This document shows positions 27,275 to 35,783 of a DNA stretch of 64,000 nt, one piece after another. The translations under genes were made by a program, and so were the position numbers. The stretch's first letter is position 1, and each line of letters starts with the position of its first letter. Below the pieces are notes generated by a model. It did no database searches and was not told the DNA's origin. It was given only the letters and a program-made list of their open reading frames with translations. The DNA is from Thalassobaculaceae bacterium (lineage in GTDB: Bacteria; Pseudomonadota; Alphaproteobacteria; Thalassobaculales; Thalassobaculaceae): NCBI GenBank assembly GCA_965228875.1, contig OZ245843.1:4570616-4634615 (forward strand), given 5' to 3'.

Positions 27275-27990
27275 CCGCGCGCCTGGAGCTGGAGGAGGTC
27301 ACGGTGCGGCAGGGCGACGGGCTGGCGGTCGACGGCGCCTCCCTGACCTGTGCCGCCGGCGAGGTGGTCGCCGTGCTCGGGGCGAACGGCGCCGGCAAGT
27401 CCAGCCTGATCCGCGCGGTCGCCGGCGCCGATCCGGTGGCCGGCGGTACCATCCGGCTGGAGGGCGAGGACATCACGAGCCTGAGCCTGGAGCGCCGGGT
27501 GCACGCCGGGATCGGCTGGTGCCCTGAGGGTCGGCGGCTGTTTCCCGGCCTGACGGTGGTGGAGACCCTCGACGTCGCCGCCACCGGCAATGCTGCGACA
27601 CGGAAGCGGTCGGTCGACCGCGCCCTGGAGATGTTTCCGGCGCTTGCCGAGCGGCGCGGCGCCGTCGCGTGGACACTGTCCGGCGGCCAGCAGCAGATGC
27701 TGGCGATCGCCCGCGCGGTGATCGCGGAACCTGCGGTCGTGCTGCTGGACGAACCCTCGATCGGTCTGGCGCCGGCGGTTCTCGATGACGTGTTCGCGAC
27801 GATCCGCCGGCTCGCCGAGGCCGGGGCGGCGGTGCTGCTGGCGGAGCAGGCCGTGCCGCGTTCCCTGGCCATCGCCGACCGGGCGGTGGTGCTGCGCCGC
27901 GGCGTCACCGTCCTCGACGTTCCGGCCGATCGGATCGACGGCGGCGTGGTCGCCTCGGCGATGCTGGACGCTGGCTCGGACGGCGCGTAA
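27271..27990 (+). CDS. LivF-type ABC ATPase
   Basis: GANGAGKS, PEGRRLF, LSGGQQQMLAIARA, LLDEPSIGLAP; ATGA overlap with the previous gene. Confidence 0.9.
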   Translation: MTARLELEEVTVRQGDGLAVDGASLTCAAGEVVAVLGANGAGKSSLIRAVAGADPVAGGTIRLEGEDITSLSLERRVHAGIGWCPEGRRLFPGLTVVETLDVAATGNAATRKRSVDRALEMFPALAERRGAVAWTLSGGQQQMLAIARAVIAEPAVVLLDEPSIGLAPAVLDDVFATIRRLAEAGAAVLLAEQAVPRSLAIADRAVVLRRGVTVLDVPADRIDGGVVASAMLDAGSDGA

Positions 27991-28022
27991 GACAGGGCAT
28001 CCCCCGCCCGCAGGAGACCAGA

Positions 28023-28709
28023 ATGACCGGCACACCCTCCCCCGACTGGCGCCGCAGCCCGGCCGAGACCGCGGCCGACATCCTGCTGGAGATCCAGGCG
28101 GTGCACATCCGCCCGGAGGAGCCGTTCACCTTCACCTCCGGTCGGCTGTCGCCGGTTTATGTCGACTGCCGCAAGATCATCTCCTTTCCACGCGCCCGGC
28201 GCCGGCTGATGGCGATGGGCGTCGACCAGCTCGCGACCCTTGCCGGCTCGGAGGCGTTCGACATGGTCGCCGGCGGCGAGACCGCCGGCATTCCCTTCGC
28301 CGCCTGGATGGCCGACGCGCTGGACCTGCCGATGCTCTATATCCGCAAGAAACCGAAGGGCTTCGGCCGCAACGCCCGGATCGAGGGCGAGGTGCGCGAC
28401 GGCGCCCGCGTCCTGCTGGTCGAGGACCTGGCCACCGACGGCGGCAGCAAGATCTCCTTCATCGACGCCATCCGCGAGGCGGGGATGCAGGTCGCCCACT
28501 GTTTTGTGGTCTTCCATTACGGCGTGTTTCCGCAGAGTGTCGCCGGCCTGAAGGATGTGGGCGTGGACCTGCATGGACTGTGCACCTGGTGGGACGTGCT
28601 GGCGGTGGCGGAGCGCCGCGGCTACACGGCCGAGCAGCTGGATCAGGTCCGCGCGTTCCTCGCCGATCCGGAGGACTGGGACGCACGGCACCGCACGGTG
28701 ACCGTATAA
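28023..28709 (+). CDS. pyrE: Orotate phosphoribosyltransferase
   Basis: FTSGRLSPVYVDCR, GGETAGIP, YIRKKPKGFG, LLVEDLATDGGSK (PRPP-binding motif). Confidence 0.93.
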   Translation: MTGTPSPDWRRSPAETAADILLEIQAVHIRPEEPFTFTSGRLSPVYVDCRKIISFPRARRRLMAMGVDQLATLAGSEAFDMVAGGETAGIPFAAWMADALDLPMLYIRKKPKGFGRNARIEGEVRDGARVLLVEDLATDGGSKISFIDAIREAGMQVAHCFVVFHYGVFPQSVAGLKDVGVDLHGLCTWWDVLAVAERRGYTAEQLDQVRAFLADPEDWDARHRTVTV

Positions 28710-28720
28710 CGGAGGAAACG

Positions 28721-29341
28721 ATGCTGAAGATCCTGGGGCGGGCCAATTCCGCCAACGTGCAAAAGGTGCTGTGGGCCTGCGAGGAGATGGGCGTGCCGTT
28801 CGAGCGCGAGGACTACGGCGGCGCGTTCGGCAAGACCAAGGACAAGGCCTATACCGACCTGAACCCGAACAGCGTCGTCCCGACGATCGACGACGACGGC
28901 TTCGTGCTGTGGGAATCGAACGCCTGCACCCGCTACCTCGCGGCCAAGCACGACAGAGGCGGCCTGTGCCCGACCGATCCGCAGGAGTATGCCGACGCGG
29001 ACCGCTGGATGGACTGGCAGCAGACCACGGTCCTGCCGTTCATGACCCCGATCTTCTGGGGCTTCGTGCGCACGGCGGAGGCGGACCGGGACATGGCGGT
29101 GATCAACGCGGCGGTCGAGCGCGGCAACACCGTCTACCCGATCCTGGACAGGCGCCTCGAAGGCCGGAAGTTCATCATGGGCGACCGGCTGACCATGGCC
29201 GACATTCCGGTCGCCATTCAGGCCTATCGCTTCCTGACCCTGGTCGAGGACCGGCCGGCCATGCCGAACCTCGAGGCCTGGATGGAGAACTGCCGCGCCA
29301 CCCAAGGATTCAAGAAGTGGATCGACCTGCCGCTGACGTGA
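28721..29341 (+). CDS. Glutathione S-transferase family protein
   Basis: MLKILGRANSANVQKVLW, LNPNSVVP, LWESNA, LTMADI; GGAGG site. Confidence 0.92.
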   Translation: MLKILGRANSANVQKVLWACEEMGVPFEREDYGGAFGKTKDKAYTDLNPNSVVPTIDDDGFVLWESNACTRYLAAKHDRGGLCPTDPQEYADADRWMDWQQTTVLPFMTPIFWGFVRTAEADRDMAVINAAVERGNTVYPILDRRLEGRKFIMGDRLTMADIPVAIQAYRFLTLVEDRPAMPNLEAWMENCRATQGFKKWIDLPLT

Positions 29342-31316
29342 GCCTGACGCCGTCGACGTAGACGGCGTCGATCTCCGTATTCAGCAGGAAATCGACCGCC
29401 TGCGCCGGGGTCTCGACGATCGGCTCGCCGGGACCGTTGAACGAAGTGTTCATCACCACCGGCACGCCGGTCTCCGCCTCGTAGGCCTCGATCAGCCGGC
29501 GGAAGCCGCCGGTGTCGTCGCCAACGGTCTGCACCCGGGCGGAGCCGTCCACATGGGTGATCGCCGGCAGGCGGTCGCCCTTCACCTGGGCGGTGAACAG
29601 CATGTGCGGCGACAGCGTCGGTCCGCCGTCGAACCAGGCTGCGGCCTTTTCCCTCAGCACCGCCGGGGCGAACGGCCGCCACACCTCGCGCCGCTTGATC
29701 TCGTTCACCCGCCGCCAGTTCGCCGCCTGGCGCGGGTCGCAGACGATCGAGCGGTGGCCGAGGGCCCGCGGGCCGACCTCGCTGCGCCCCTCGAACCAGG
29801 CGATGACCCGGTCACCGGCCACCATCCGCCCGGCATCGGCGGCGGCATCGAGGGTGTCGTCGACCACGACCGCGTCGCGCCGGCCCTCCAGCGCCCGCTC
29901 CAGGTCGTCGCGCCCGTAGGCGAATCCGAGAAAGGCGCTGTCGGAGCGGTCCATGCCGGCGGTTTCCCGCGGCAGGTCCAGAACGTCGTGGGCCAGCGCC
30001 AGCGCCGCGCCGAGCGGCAGGCCGGAATCATCGACGGCCGGCGGTACCAGCACCGAACGGAAGGGGCCCTCGTCGTGGATCCGAGAGTTGGCCGGACAGT
30101 TCAGCGCCGCTCCGCCGCCAAGGATCAGTGTCGGGCACCATTGGCCGCCCGCGGTGAGCGCGTCCGCGAACTTGCGCGTATCGGCCAGCGCGTTCTCCTC
30201 GAAAGCCCACTGGATACTGGCGGCGGTATCGACCGACAGCCGCTTCAGGTCGGCGCGACCATGGGCGGACTCGGCCAGGTCGGCGACGATCGCCTCGCCG
30301 TCGTCGTACAGGCGGTCGGCGCGGGCGGCGACGCGGGCGAGGAAGGGGCGGACCACGTCCCAGGAACCGGACTTGGTCTCGGTCGCGTATTCCTCGCCGA
30401 ACTGGGCGAAGGCGTCGCCGATCAGCGAGCGGTCGGCGAACCGCGGCCTGCCGTAGGGGGCGAGCCCCATGAGCTTGCCGGCGCCACCGCCGGAGCCGAG
30501 GCCGAGATGCTCGGCGGTGCGCTGGTAGGCATGGCCGTGGACGGCGTAGGACGGGCCGACGGGGATCAGCCGGTTACCGATGCCGCGCGCGTAGATCCCG
30601 CCAAGATAGCCCTGGGTCACCGTGTAGGTGTCGCCGTTATCGGCCGTCATCACCGCCGCGTCGTCGGTGTCCGACTGGTAGTAGGAATAAGCCGCGTGGG
30701 CCAGATGGTGGGGCACGATCAGCCCGGGCTTGCGAACGCCGTCTAGGGTCACCGAGACCGGCAGGTAGCCCTGGTGCAGTCCCCTGAGCTTCGGCACCGC
30801 CGCACACCAGGTCGCCATCTCGGCGCCGGTCGGCTGCGACTTCCACCATTTGGCCATGAAGCTCCACTCGCGGCACCACAGCACGTCGCGTTCCGCCGTC
30901 AGGTGGCCGAGGTCGTCGGCGATGTACTCGCCGTACTGGCCCTCCTTGAACTGGGCGAGCTTCAGGGCGGCGCGCTCGACCGAGAGGCTGTGACCCTTGA
31001 TTCCCTCAAGCATGCCGCGCCGGGTCGCCTCGCCGACGCCGAAGCCGTCGATGGCATCCGGGTCGTAGTCGAAGCGGAAGCGACTGGAATCCACGAACAG
31101 ATAGGGCCAGGACTGGGACGAGGCGATCGCCACCCTGTCGACATCCGCCCAGGCGAGGCCGAGCCGGTCGAGGGTCTCGGTGATGAAGTCTGCGGTCAGC
31201 AGGGCGCAGCGCTTGCGCCGGGTCCAGCGTTCGCGACTGACGAGCGCGCGGACATGTCCGTCCTCCATCACCGCGATGCCGGCGTCGTGGGCGACGCAAA
31301 GTCCGAGCGTGATCAT
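29310..31316 (-). CDS. O-carbamoyltransferase (NodU/CmcH/TobZ family)
   Basis: HDAG, HHLAHA, GKLMGLAPYG, GGAALNCPAN, GPRALGHRS, KRREVWRPFAP, HVDGSARVQTV, NTSFN. Confidence 0.92.
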   Translation of the reverse strand: MITLGLCVAHDAGIAVMEDGHVRALVSRERWTRRKRCALLTADFITETLDRLGLAWADVDRVAIASSQSWPYLFVDSSRFRFDYDPDAIDGFGVGEATRRGMLEGIKGHSLSVERAALKLAQFKEGQYGEYIADDLGHLTAERDVLWCREWSFMAKWWKSQPTGAEMATWCAAVPKLRGLHQGYLPVSVTLDGVRKPGLIVPHHLAHAAYSYYQSDTDDAAVMTADNGDTYTVTQGYLGGIYARGIGNRLIPVGPSYAVHGHAYQRTAEHLGLGSGGGAGKLMGLAPYGRPRFADRSLIGDAFAQFGEEYATETKSGSWDVVRPFLARVAARADRLYDDGEAIVADLAESAHGRADLKRLSVDTAASIQWAFEENALADTRKFADALTAGGQWCPTLILGGGAALNCPANSRIHDEGPFRSVLVPPAVDDSGLPLGAALALAHDVLDLPRETAGMDRSDSAFLGFAYGRDDLERALEGRRDAVVVDDTLDAAADAGRMVAGDRVIAWFEGRSEVGPRALGHRSIVCDPRQAANWRRVNEIKRREVWRPFAPAVLREKAAAWFDGGPTLSPHMLFTAQVKGDRLPAITHVDGSARVQTVGDDTGGFRRLIEAYEAETGVPVVMNTSFNGPGEPIVETPAQAVDFLLNTEIDAVYVDGVRLTSAAGRSTS

Positions 31317-31383
31317 ACGACGGCCAATCCAGGGTGATGCGGCGATGGCGGAGACTGTCGGTACGCCAGCGCCTTGCTTCGGG

Positions 31384-32115
31384 TCAAGCCGGACCGCCCG
31401 GCGCGCCGGCTTCCCGCGCATCGAACCCGGCGATGAACGCCTCGCGCTCGGCCGGATCGTAGATGCCGCTCGGGTCGGAACGGGTCGGCAGGGTGGCGAG
31501 GTACGGCCGGCGTTCGATCCAGAAAAGGTCGAAGATCCGCCGCAGTTCCGCCACCGGGTCCGGGTGTTCGTCGACCCGCAGATCGACCTCGGCATGCACC
31601 TCGCCGGCGCGCACGAGCAGGGCGGCCGACTGTCGGCCGCGCTTGTCGCCGCCGGCGCCCTGGCCCGCCTCGAGCGCGGTCAGCAGGCGGTCGGCGAAGG
31701 GGCGGTCGACGCCGGTCGTCCAGGCCTCGACCGTCGCGTCGAGAACCTGAGGGCCGGCCAGCATGTTGCCGGCGATCGACACACTGTCGCCGGTCCAGTG
31801 GCCGCACCAGTCGATGCAGCTCGCCCCGGTATGGGCGAAGGCCGTGCCGCGCGCGTCGACGCCGTGGATCTGGCGCCACATGTGGCCGTCGTCGCCGTCG
31901 AGAGCGCGGGCGAAGGCGGCCGTATCTTCCAGACCCTCGGCCAGGGCGTCGAGCATGCGCGCGCCGGCGATCGGGCTGGTATAGGACTGCGACGACAGGG
32001 CGCCGATGCCGGGACGTATCATCGGGCAGAGCGCGCCGACCGCGACCACCCGCGAGGACACGGCGATACCAAGAAGGCCGCTCGACGGGTCGCGGGCGAC
32101 GATGGACCAGGTCAT
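31384..32115 (-). CDS. DUF1028 family (Ntn-hydrolase-like) protein
   Basis: MTWSIVARDP, GIAVSS, AGNMLAG, GGDKRGRQSAAL, DLRVDEHPDP. Confidence 0.88.
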   Translation of the reverse strand: MTWSIVARDPSSGLLGIAVSSRVVAVGALCPMIRPGIGALSSQSYTSPIAGARMLDALAEGLEDTAAFARALDGDDGHMWRQIHGVDARGTAFAHTGASCIDWCGHWTGDSVSIAGNMLAGPQVLDATVEAWTTGVDRPFADRLLTALEAGQGAGGDKRGRQSAALLVRAGEVHAEVDLRVDEHPDPVAELRRIFDLFWIERRPYLATLPTRSDPSGIYDPAEREAFIAGFDAREAGAPGGPA

Positions 32116-32151
32116 GGGCGGCTCCGGAGCTGGTGCTGGGCGACAGGACGG

Positions 32152-33075
32152 TCAGTCGGTCGAGACGATGCGCCGGATCGCCGCGTGGGGCAACGCGCGG
32201 CCGGAAGCGGCGGCGTTCTCGTGAAGGTGCCGCAGGTCGGCGGTGGCGAATCCGGCGCAGCTGACGTCGGGATGCGACAGCACGAAGCCCAGGCTCGCCT
32301 GCGCCGCGCTCCAGCCCTTGATGCCGGCGAGGAAGCGGTAACGGCCGGCCCGGGCGGCGTCGCCGCCGGCGAGCCGGTCGCCGAGGCGACGGGCGGCATA
32401 CCACCAGGTGCGCGGCAGCGACCAGTCGCCGCCCATCGGCGCGAAGGCCATGCGGGCGAGCGCCCCCGTCGCGATCACGCCGATCCCGGCCTGCGCGGCG
32501 CGTTCGATCAGCGGCTCGCTGGCGCGGTGCACGGGGTTGTAGGCCGGCAGGATCACGTCGATCTGGCCGGTCGCCATGGCGGCCGCGATCTGCCGCTCGG
32601 TACCGGCGACACCAATCAGGCCGGCCGCGCCCTCGCCCTTGAGGGCCGCCAGCGTGTCCAGCAGGTCGTCGCTCAGATGCGCCGGCTCCGGCCCGTCGAG
32701 CCAGACCAGCGGGACATGGTCCATGCCGAGCCGGTCGAGGCTCTCCGCCACCTGCGTCTCGACCGTGGCCGGCGAGAAGTCGCGGGCGACGTGGCTGGCG
32801 CTGACCCGCACCGTGCCGACGCCAAGGGAGATGGTCAGCCGCTCGCGCGCCGGTCCGAGCCGCTGCAGCGCCTTGCCGAGCCGGGCCTGGGCCGCGGCAC
32901 CGCCGTGGCACGGGCCGGTGTCGAACACGGTGATGCCGAGCTTGAGCGCGTGGAGCACCAGGGTGATCGCGGCGGTCTCGTCGAGCCAGCGTCCGGCCCA
33001 GGGGCCGGTACAGCTCAGGCCGAGTTCGGAGACCGTGCGGCCGGTGCGGCCGAGGCGGCGGGTGGCGACCGTCAT
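32152..33075 (-). CDS. Aldo/keto reductase-fold protein with degenerate active site
   Basis: RRLGRTG..VSELGL, GITVFDT, SLDRLG, IGV, YNP; catalytic Tyr, Lys and His positions appear substituted. Confidence 0.8.
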   Translation of the reverse strand: MTVATRRLGRTGRTVSELGLSCTGPWAGRWLDETAAITLVLHALKLGITVFDTGPCHGGAAAQARLGKALQRLGPARERLTISLGVGTVRVSASHVARDFSPATVETQVAESLDRLGMDHVPLVWLDGPEPAHLSDDLLDTLAALKGEGAAGLIGVAGTERQIAAAMATGQIDVILPAYNPVHRASEPLIERAAQAGIGVIATGALARMAFAPMGGDWSLPRTWWYAARRLGDRLAGGDAARAGRYRFLAGIKGWSAAQASLGFVLSHPDVSCAGFATADLRHLHENAAASGRALPHAAIRRIVSTD

Positions 33076-33096
33076 GGCGATGGCCCCGCCCGGCGG

Positions 33097-33981
33097 TCAG
33101 GCGTGCGCGCGGCGCGATTCCTGCCCCTGAACCGTGAAGAAAGAGGCCGTTTTCGGCTGCTTCGGCAGTTCGACCTCGAGCGGGATCATGCGGGCCACGG
33201 GGCTCGTCTCGCCGCGAACGATCCGTCCCTCGTTCGGGCTCGGCATCGGATTGCGGGCGATCGGCACCGCGTCGGCGGCGGTGTAGACGCAGATGTAGAG
33301 GCCGCGCGGCCGTGTCGAGCCGTTGGGGGCCGAACCGTGGGCGAGGCGGGTGTGCATCAGGCAGACCGAACCGGCCCGACCGGTGACCGCGACCTGCTGC
33401 GCCTTCATCTCCGCCTCGGTCTGCGGCGCCATCCTGCCGACGAAGGTGCCGTCCTCGAACAGGGTGTGCATCGGTCCGCGATGGGTGCCCGGCACGACCA
33501 TGAGGCAGCCGTTCTCCTCGGTCACGTCGTCGAGCATCAGCAGCGCGGTGATGACGTCGTCGTTGGTGTGCGGGGTGAAGGCGAAGTCCTGGTGGTAGGC
33601 GACCTCGGTCCTGGTGCCCGGCAGCTTCACGTTGATCTTGCAGTGGTGGAACTTGACGTTGGGACCGATCAGGTCGGCGATCATGTCGACGGTGCGGGCG
33701 GCGGTCATGACGTCGAGATAGGCCTCTGAAATGTCCGAGGGATTGTTGACGCGGCGCAGGGCCGGGTGGTCGGCGGTGTGCTCCGCGCCCATATCGAACC
33801 GGGCGCGGCCGTCCACGGTTTCGGGGCCGAACGGCGCGTCGTGGGCCCGGCTCTGCTCGACCCAGCCGGCGAGATCCGCCTTCAGGCGCGCCAGTTGGTC
33901 CGCCGTGACGGCGTTCTCGACGGTGAGAAAACCGTCGCGCCAGAACGCGTCGATCTGGTCCTGGGTGAGCACGGTCGCCAT
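33097..33981 (-). CDS. Phytanoyl-CoA dioxygenase family Fe(II)/2-oxoglutarate oxygenase
   Basis: LTQDQIDAFWRDG, YHQD (HxD), ENGCLMVVPGTH, LAHGS...R; AGGAGG site. Confidence 0.9.
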   Translation of the reverse strand: MATVLTQDQIDAFWRDGFLTVENAVTADQLARLKADLAGWVEQSRAHDAPFGPETVDGRARFDMGAEHTADHPALRRVNNPSDISEAYLDVMTAARTVDMIADLIGPNVKFHHCKINVKLPGTRTEVAYHQDFAFTPHTNDDVITALLMLDDVTEENGCLMVVPGTHRGPMHTLFEDGTFVGRMAPQTEAEMKAQQVAVTGRAGSVCLMHTRLAHGSAPNGSTRPRGLYICVYTAADAVPIARNPMPSPNEGRIVRGETSPVARMIPLEVELPKQPKTASFFTVQGQESRRAHA

Positions 33982-34104
33982 ATCGTCCTCCTGTGCGGTT
34001 GCCGCCGGGGGCGGGTGTCGCTCACGTATTTGTGCACCAAGTGACGCAGGCTGCAAAGCTGGCGTCTGCGTGGCCGACGGCGTATCTAGGGACTGGAGGT
34101 CTGC

Positions 34105-34356
34105 ATGCAACGCACTATCGCCCTGATCGCCTTCGCTGGCGTCGTCGTCGCCGGCATCGCGGCGCTTGCCGTGTGGGGCTGGGAGTCGTCCGGCGGCCCC
34201 GTGGTCAGCATCCACGGTTATCTCGCCCTGGTTCTGGGCGCGTTCTTCACCTTCGCGCTCACCGCCGGGCTGATGGCGCTGGTGTTCTATTCCAGCCGCC
34301 ACGGTTTCGACGACGGGGCCGGCGCGCCCGAGGACATCGACGAGCGGATCGGCTAG
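34105..34356 (+). CDS. Small two-helix membrane protein
   Basis: GGAGG site; two hydrophobic segments; LMALVFYSSRHGFDD tail. Confidence 0.75.
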   Translation: MQRTIALIAFAGVVVAGIAALAVWGWESSGGPVVSIHGYLALVLGAFFTFALTAGLMALVFYSSRHGFDDGAGAPEDIDERIG

Positions 34357-34430
34357 AGCGAATCACTATCGGAGGGAAACCTCTGACCGTGTGAACGTGT
34401 CCTGTCTTGAGTGGCTTAGGGCACGATCGC

Positions 34431-34895
34431 TCAGCCGGAGTCGCGGGGCGTTTCCGGCTTGCTGTAGGGGTCGCTGCCGCGGATGCGGTAGGAGCCCTCG
34501 CCCATGGCCAGCACGTTGCCCTCGGCGTCGGTGACCTCGCCATAGGCGAAGAAGATCTTGCGCCCGCCGCCCTTGCGCACCGCCCTGGCCCGCACGGTCC
34601 CGTCGCGCGCCTGGCCCATGAAGTTGGTGGTCATGGTCAGGGTCAGCGCCTTGGCCGGGGGCTCGCCCGCCGGACGCCACACGCCGCAATAGCCGCAGAC
34701 CGCGTCGATCAGGGTCGCCATCACCCCGCCATGCAGGACGCCGGAGCGGTTCAGGTGCTGCTCGCGGATGTCGAGTTCCATGATCGCGTGCTCCGGGGTC
34801 CATTCGACCAGGCGGAAGCCCAGCGTGGCGTTGAAGCCGACGAGTTCCTCGAGGGAGCCGGTCTCCGGAGGGGTCGGGCTGGGCGTTTGACTCAT
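34431..34895 (-). CDS. PaaI family thioesterase
   Basis: HLNRSGVLHGGVMATLID hotdog-fold motif. Confidence 0.9.
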   Translation of the reverse strand: MSQTPSPTPPETGSLEELVGFNATLGFRLVEWTPEHAIMELDIREQHLNRSGVLHGGVMATLIDAVCGYCGVWRPAGEPPAKALTLTMTTNFMGQARDGTVRARAVRKGGGRKIFFAYGEVTDAEGNVLAMGEGSYRIRGSDPYSKPETPRDSG

Positions 34896-34911
34896 GGCGG
34901 ATCCTGGATTA

Positions 34912-34926
34912 GAACAAAACAAGAAC
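34912..34926. promoter_or_regulatory. LexA (SOS) box, alphaproteobacterial type
   Basis: GAAC-AAAACAA-GAAC matches the GAAC-N7-GAAC direct-repeat consensus, 35 bp upstream of imuA. Confidence 0.88.
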
Positions 34927-34961
34927 ATTTGTTTCTTCGCCCCTCAAGCCCGGAGCGAAAG

Positions 34962-35783
34962 TTGGCCGATCCTATCGATGCCGCACCTGCGAGACCAGAC
35001 CGCGATGCCCTGATGGCGGAGATCCGCCGGCTGGAGCGGGCCTATGAGTCCGGGTCCCCGTCCCGCGCCGTGCCGCTCGACTGCGCGGCGGTCGACGCCC
35101 ACCTGCCGCGGGGTGGGCTGGCGCTCGGCCGGGTGCACGAGCTGGTGGGAGAGGCACGCTCGGAGGTGCGCGACGCCGCCGTGTTCGGCTTCGCCTGCGC
35201 CCTGCTGACGAAGATCGGAGCCTCGACCGCAAACGACGGACCGGTGCTCTGGTGCGCGCGCCGGGCGAATGTGCTGGGCGGGGCGCCGTCGGGGCGCGGG
35301 CTGGCTGCCCTCGGCCTCGAGCCGCAGCGGGTGATCTTCGTCGATGCCGAGGACGAGGCCGACCGGTTCTGGGCGATGGAGGAGGGGTTGTCGGTGCCCG
35401 GCCTTGCCGCGGTGGTGGGAGAGTTCGACCCGCCCCGCCGGGGCGAGGCGACCGTCAGCCGCCGCCTGCAGCTCGCCGCCGAGAAGAGCGGGGTGACCGG
35501 CCTGATCCTGCGCCCCCGTCTGGCGACCCCGCAGGGTGCCGGCGGCCGGGTGCCGGTGGCGGTCGAAAGCCGCTGGCGGGTGACCGCCGCCGCCTCGCCC
35601 TATGGTGCCCACGATACCCGCCCGGTCTGGGACGTGACGCTGGAGCGGGCGCGGCGCGGCCGCCCGGGCCGGTGGCGGCTGGCCTGGGAGGCGGGGACGG
35701 GGCGTCTGGCGGAGGCGCGCCCGCCGGCGGTTCCGGCCGCGCCGGTGGCCGTTCCGCACGATCGCGGGGAGGTGGCGGCATGA
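34962..35783 (+). CDS. imuA: ImuA (RecA/SulA-like mutagenesis protein)
   Basis: LPRGGLALGRVHEL, WAMEEGL, SRRLQLAAE, RWRV, LERARRG; first gene of the cassette. Start TTG 34962 (alternative ATG 35012). Confidence 0.85.
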   Translation: MADPIDAAPARPDRDALMAEIRRLERAYESGSPSRAVPLDCAAVDAHLPRGGLALGRVHELVGEARSEVRDAAVFGFACALLTKIGASTANDGPVLWCARRANVLGGAPSGRGLAALGLEPQRVIFVDAEDEADRFWAMEEGLSVPGLAAVVGEFDPPRRGEATVSRRLQLAAEKSGVTGLILRPRLATPQGAGGRVPVAVESRWRVTAAASPYGAHDTRPVWDVTLERARRGRPGRWRLAWEAGTGRLAEARPPAVPAAPVAVPHDRGEVAA

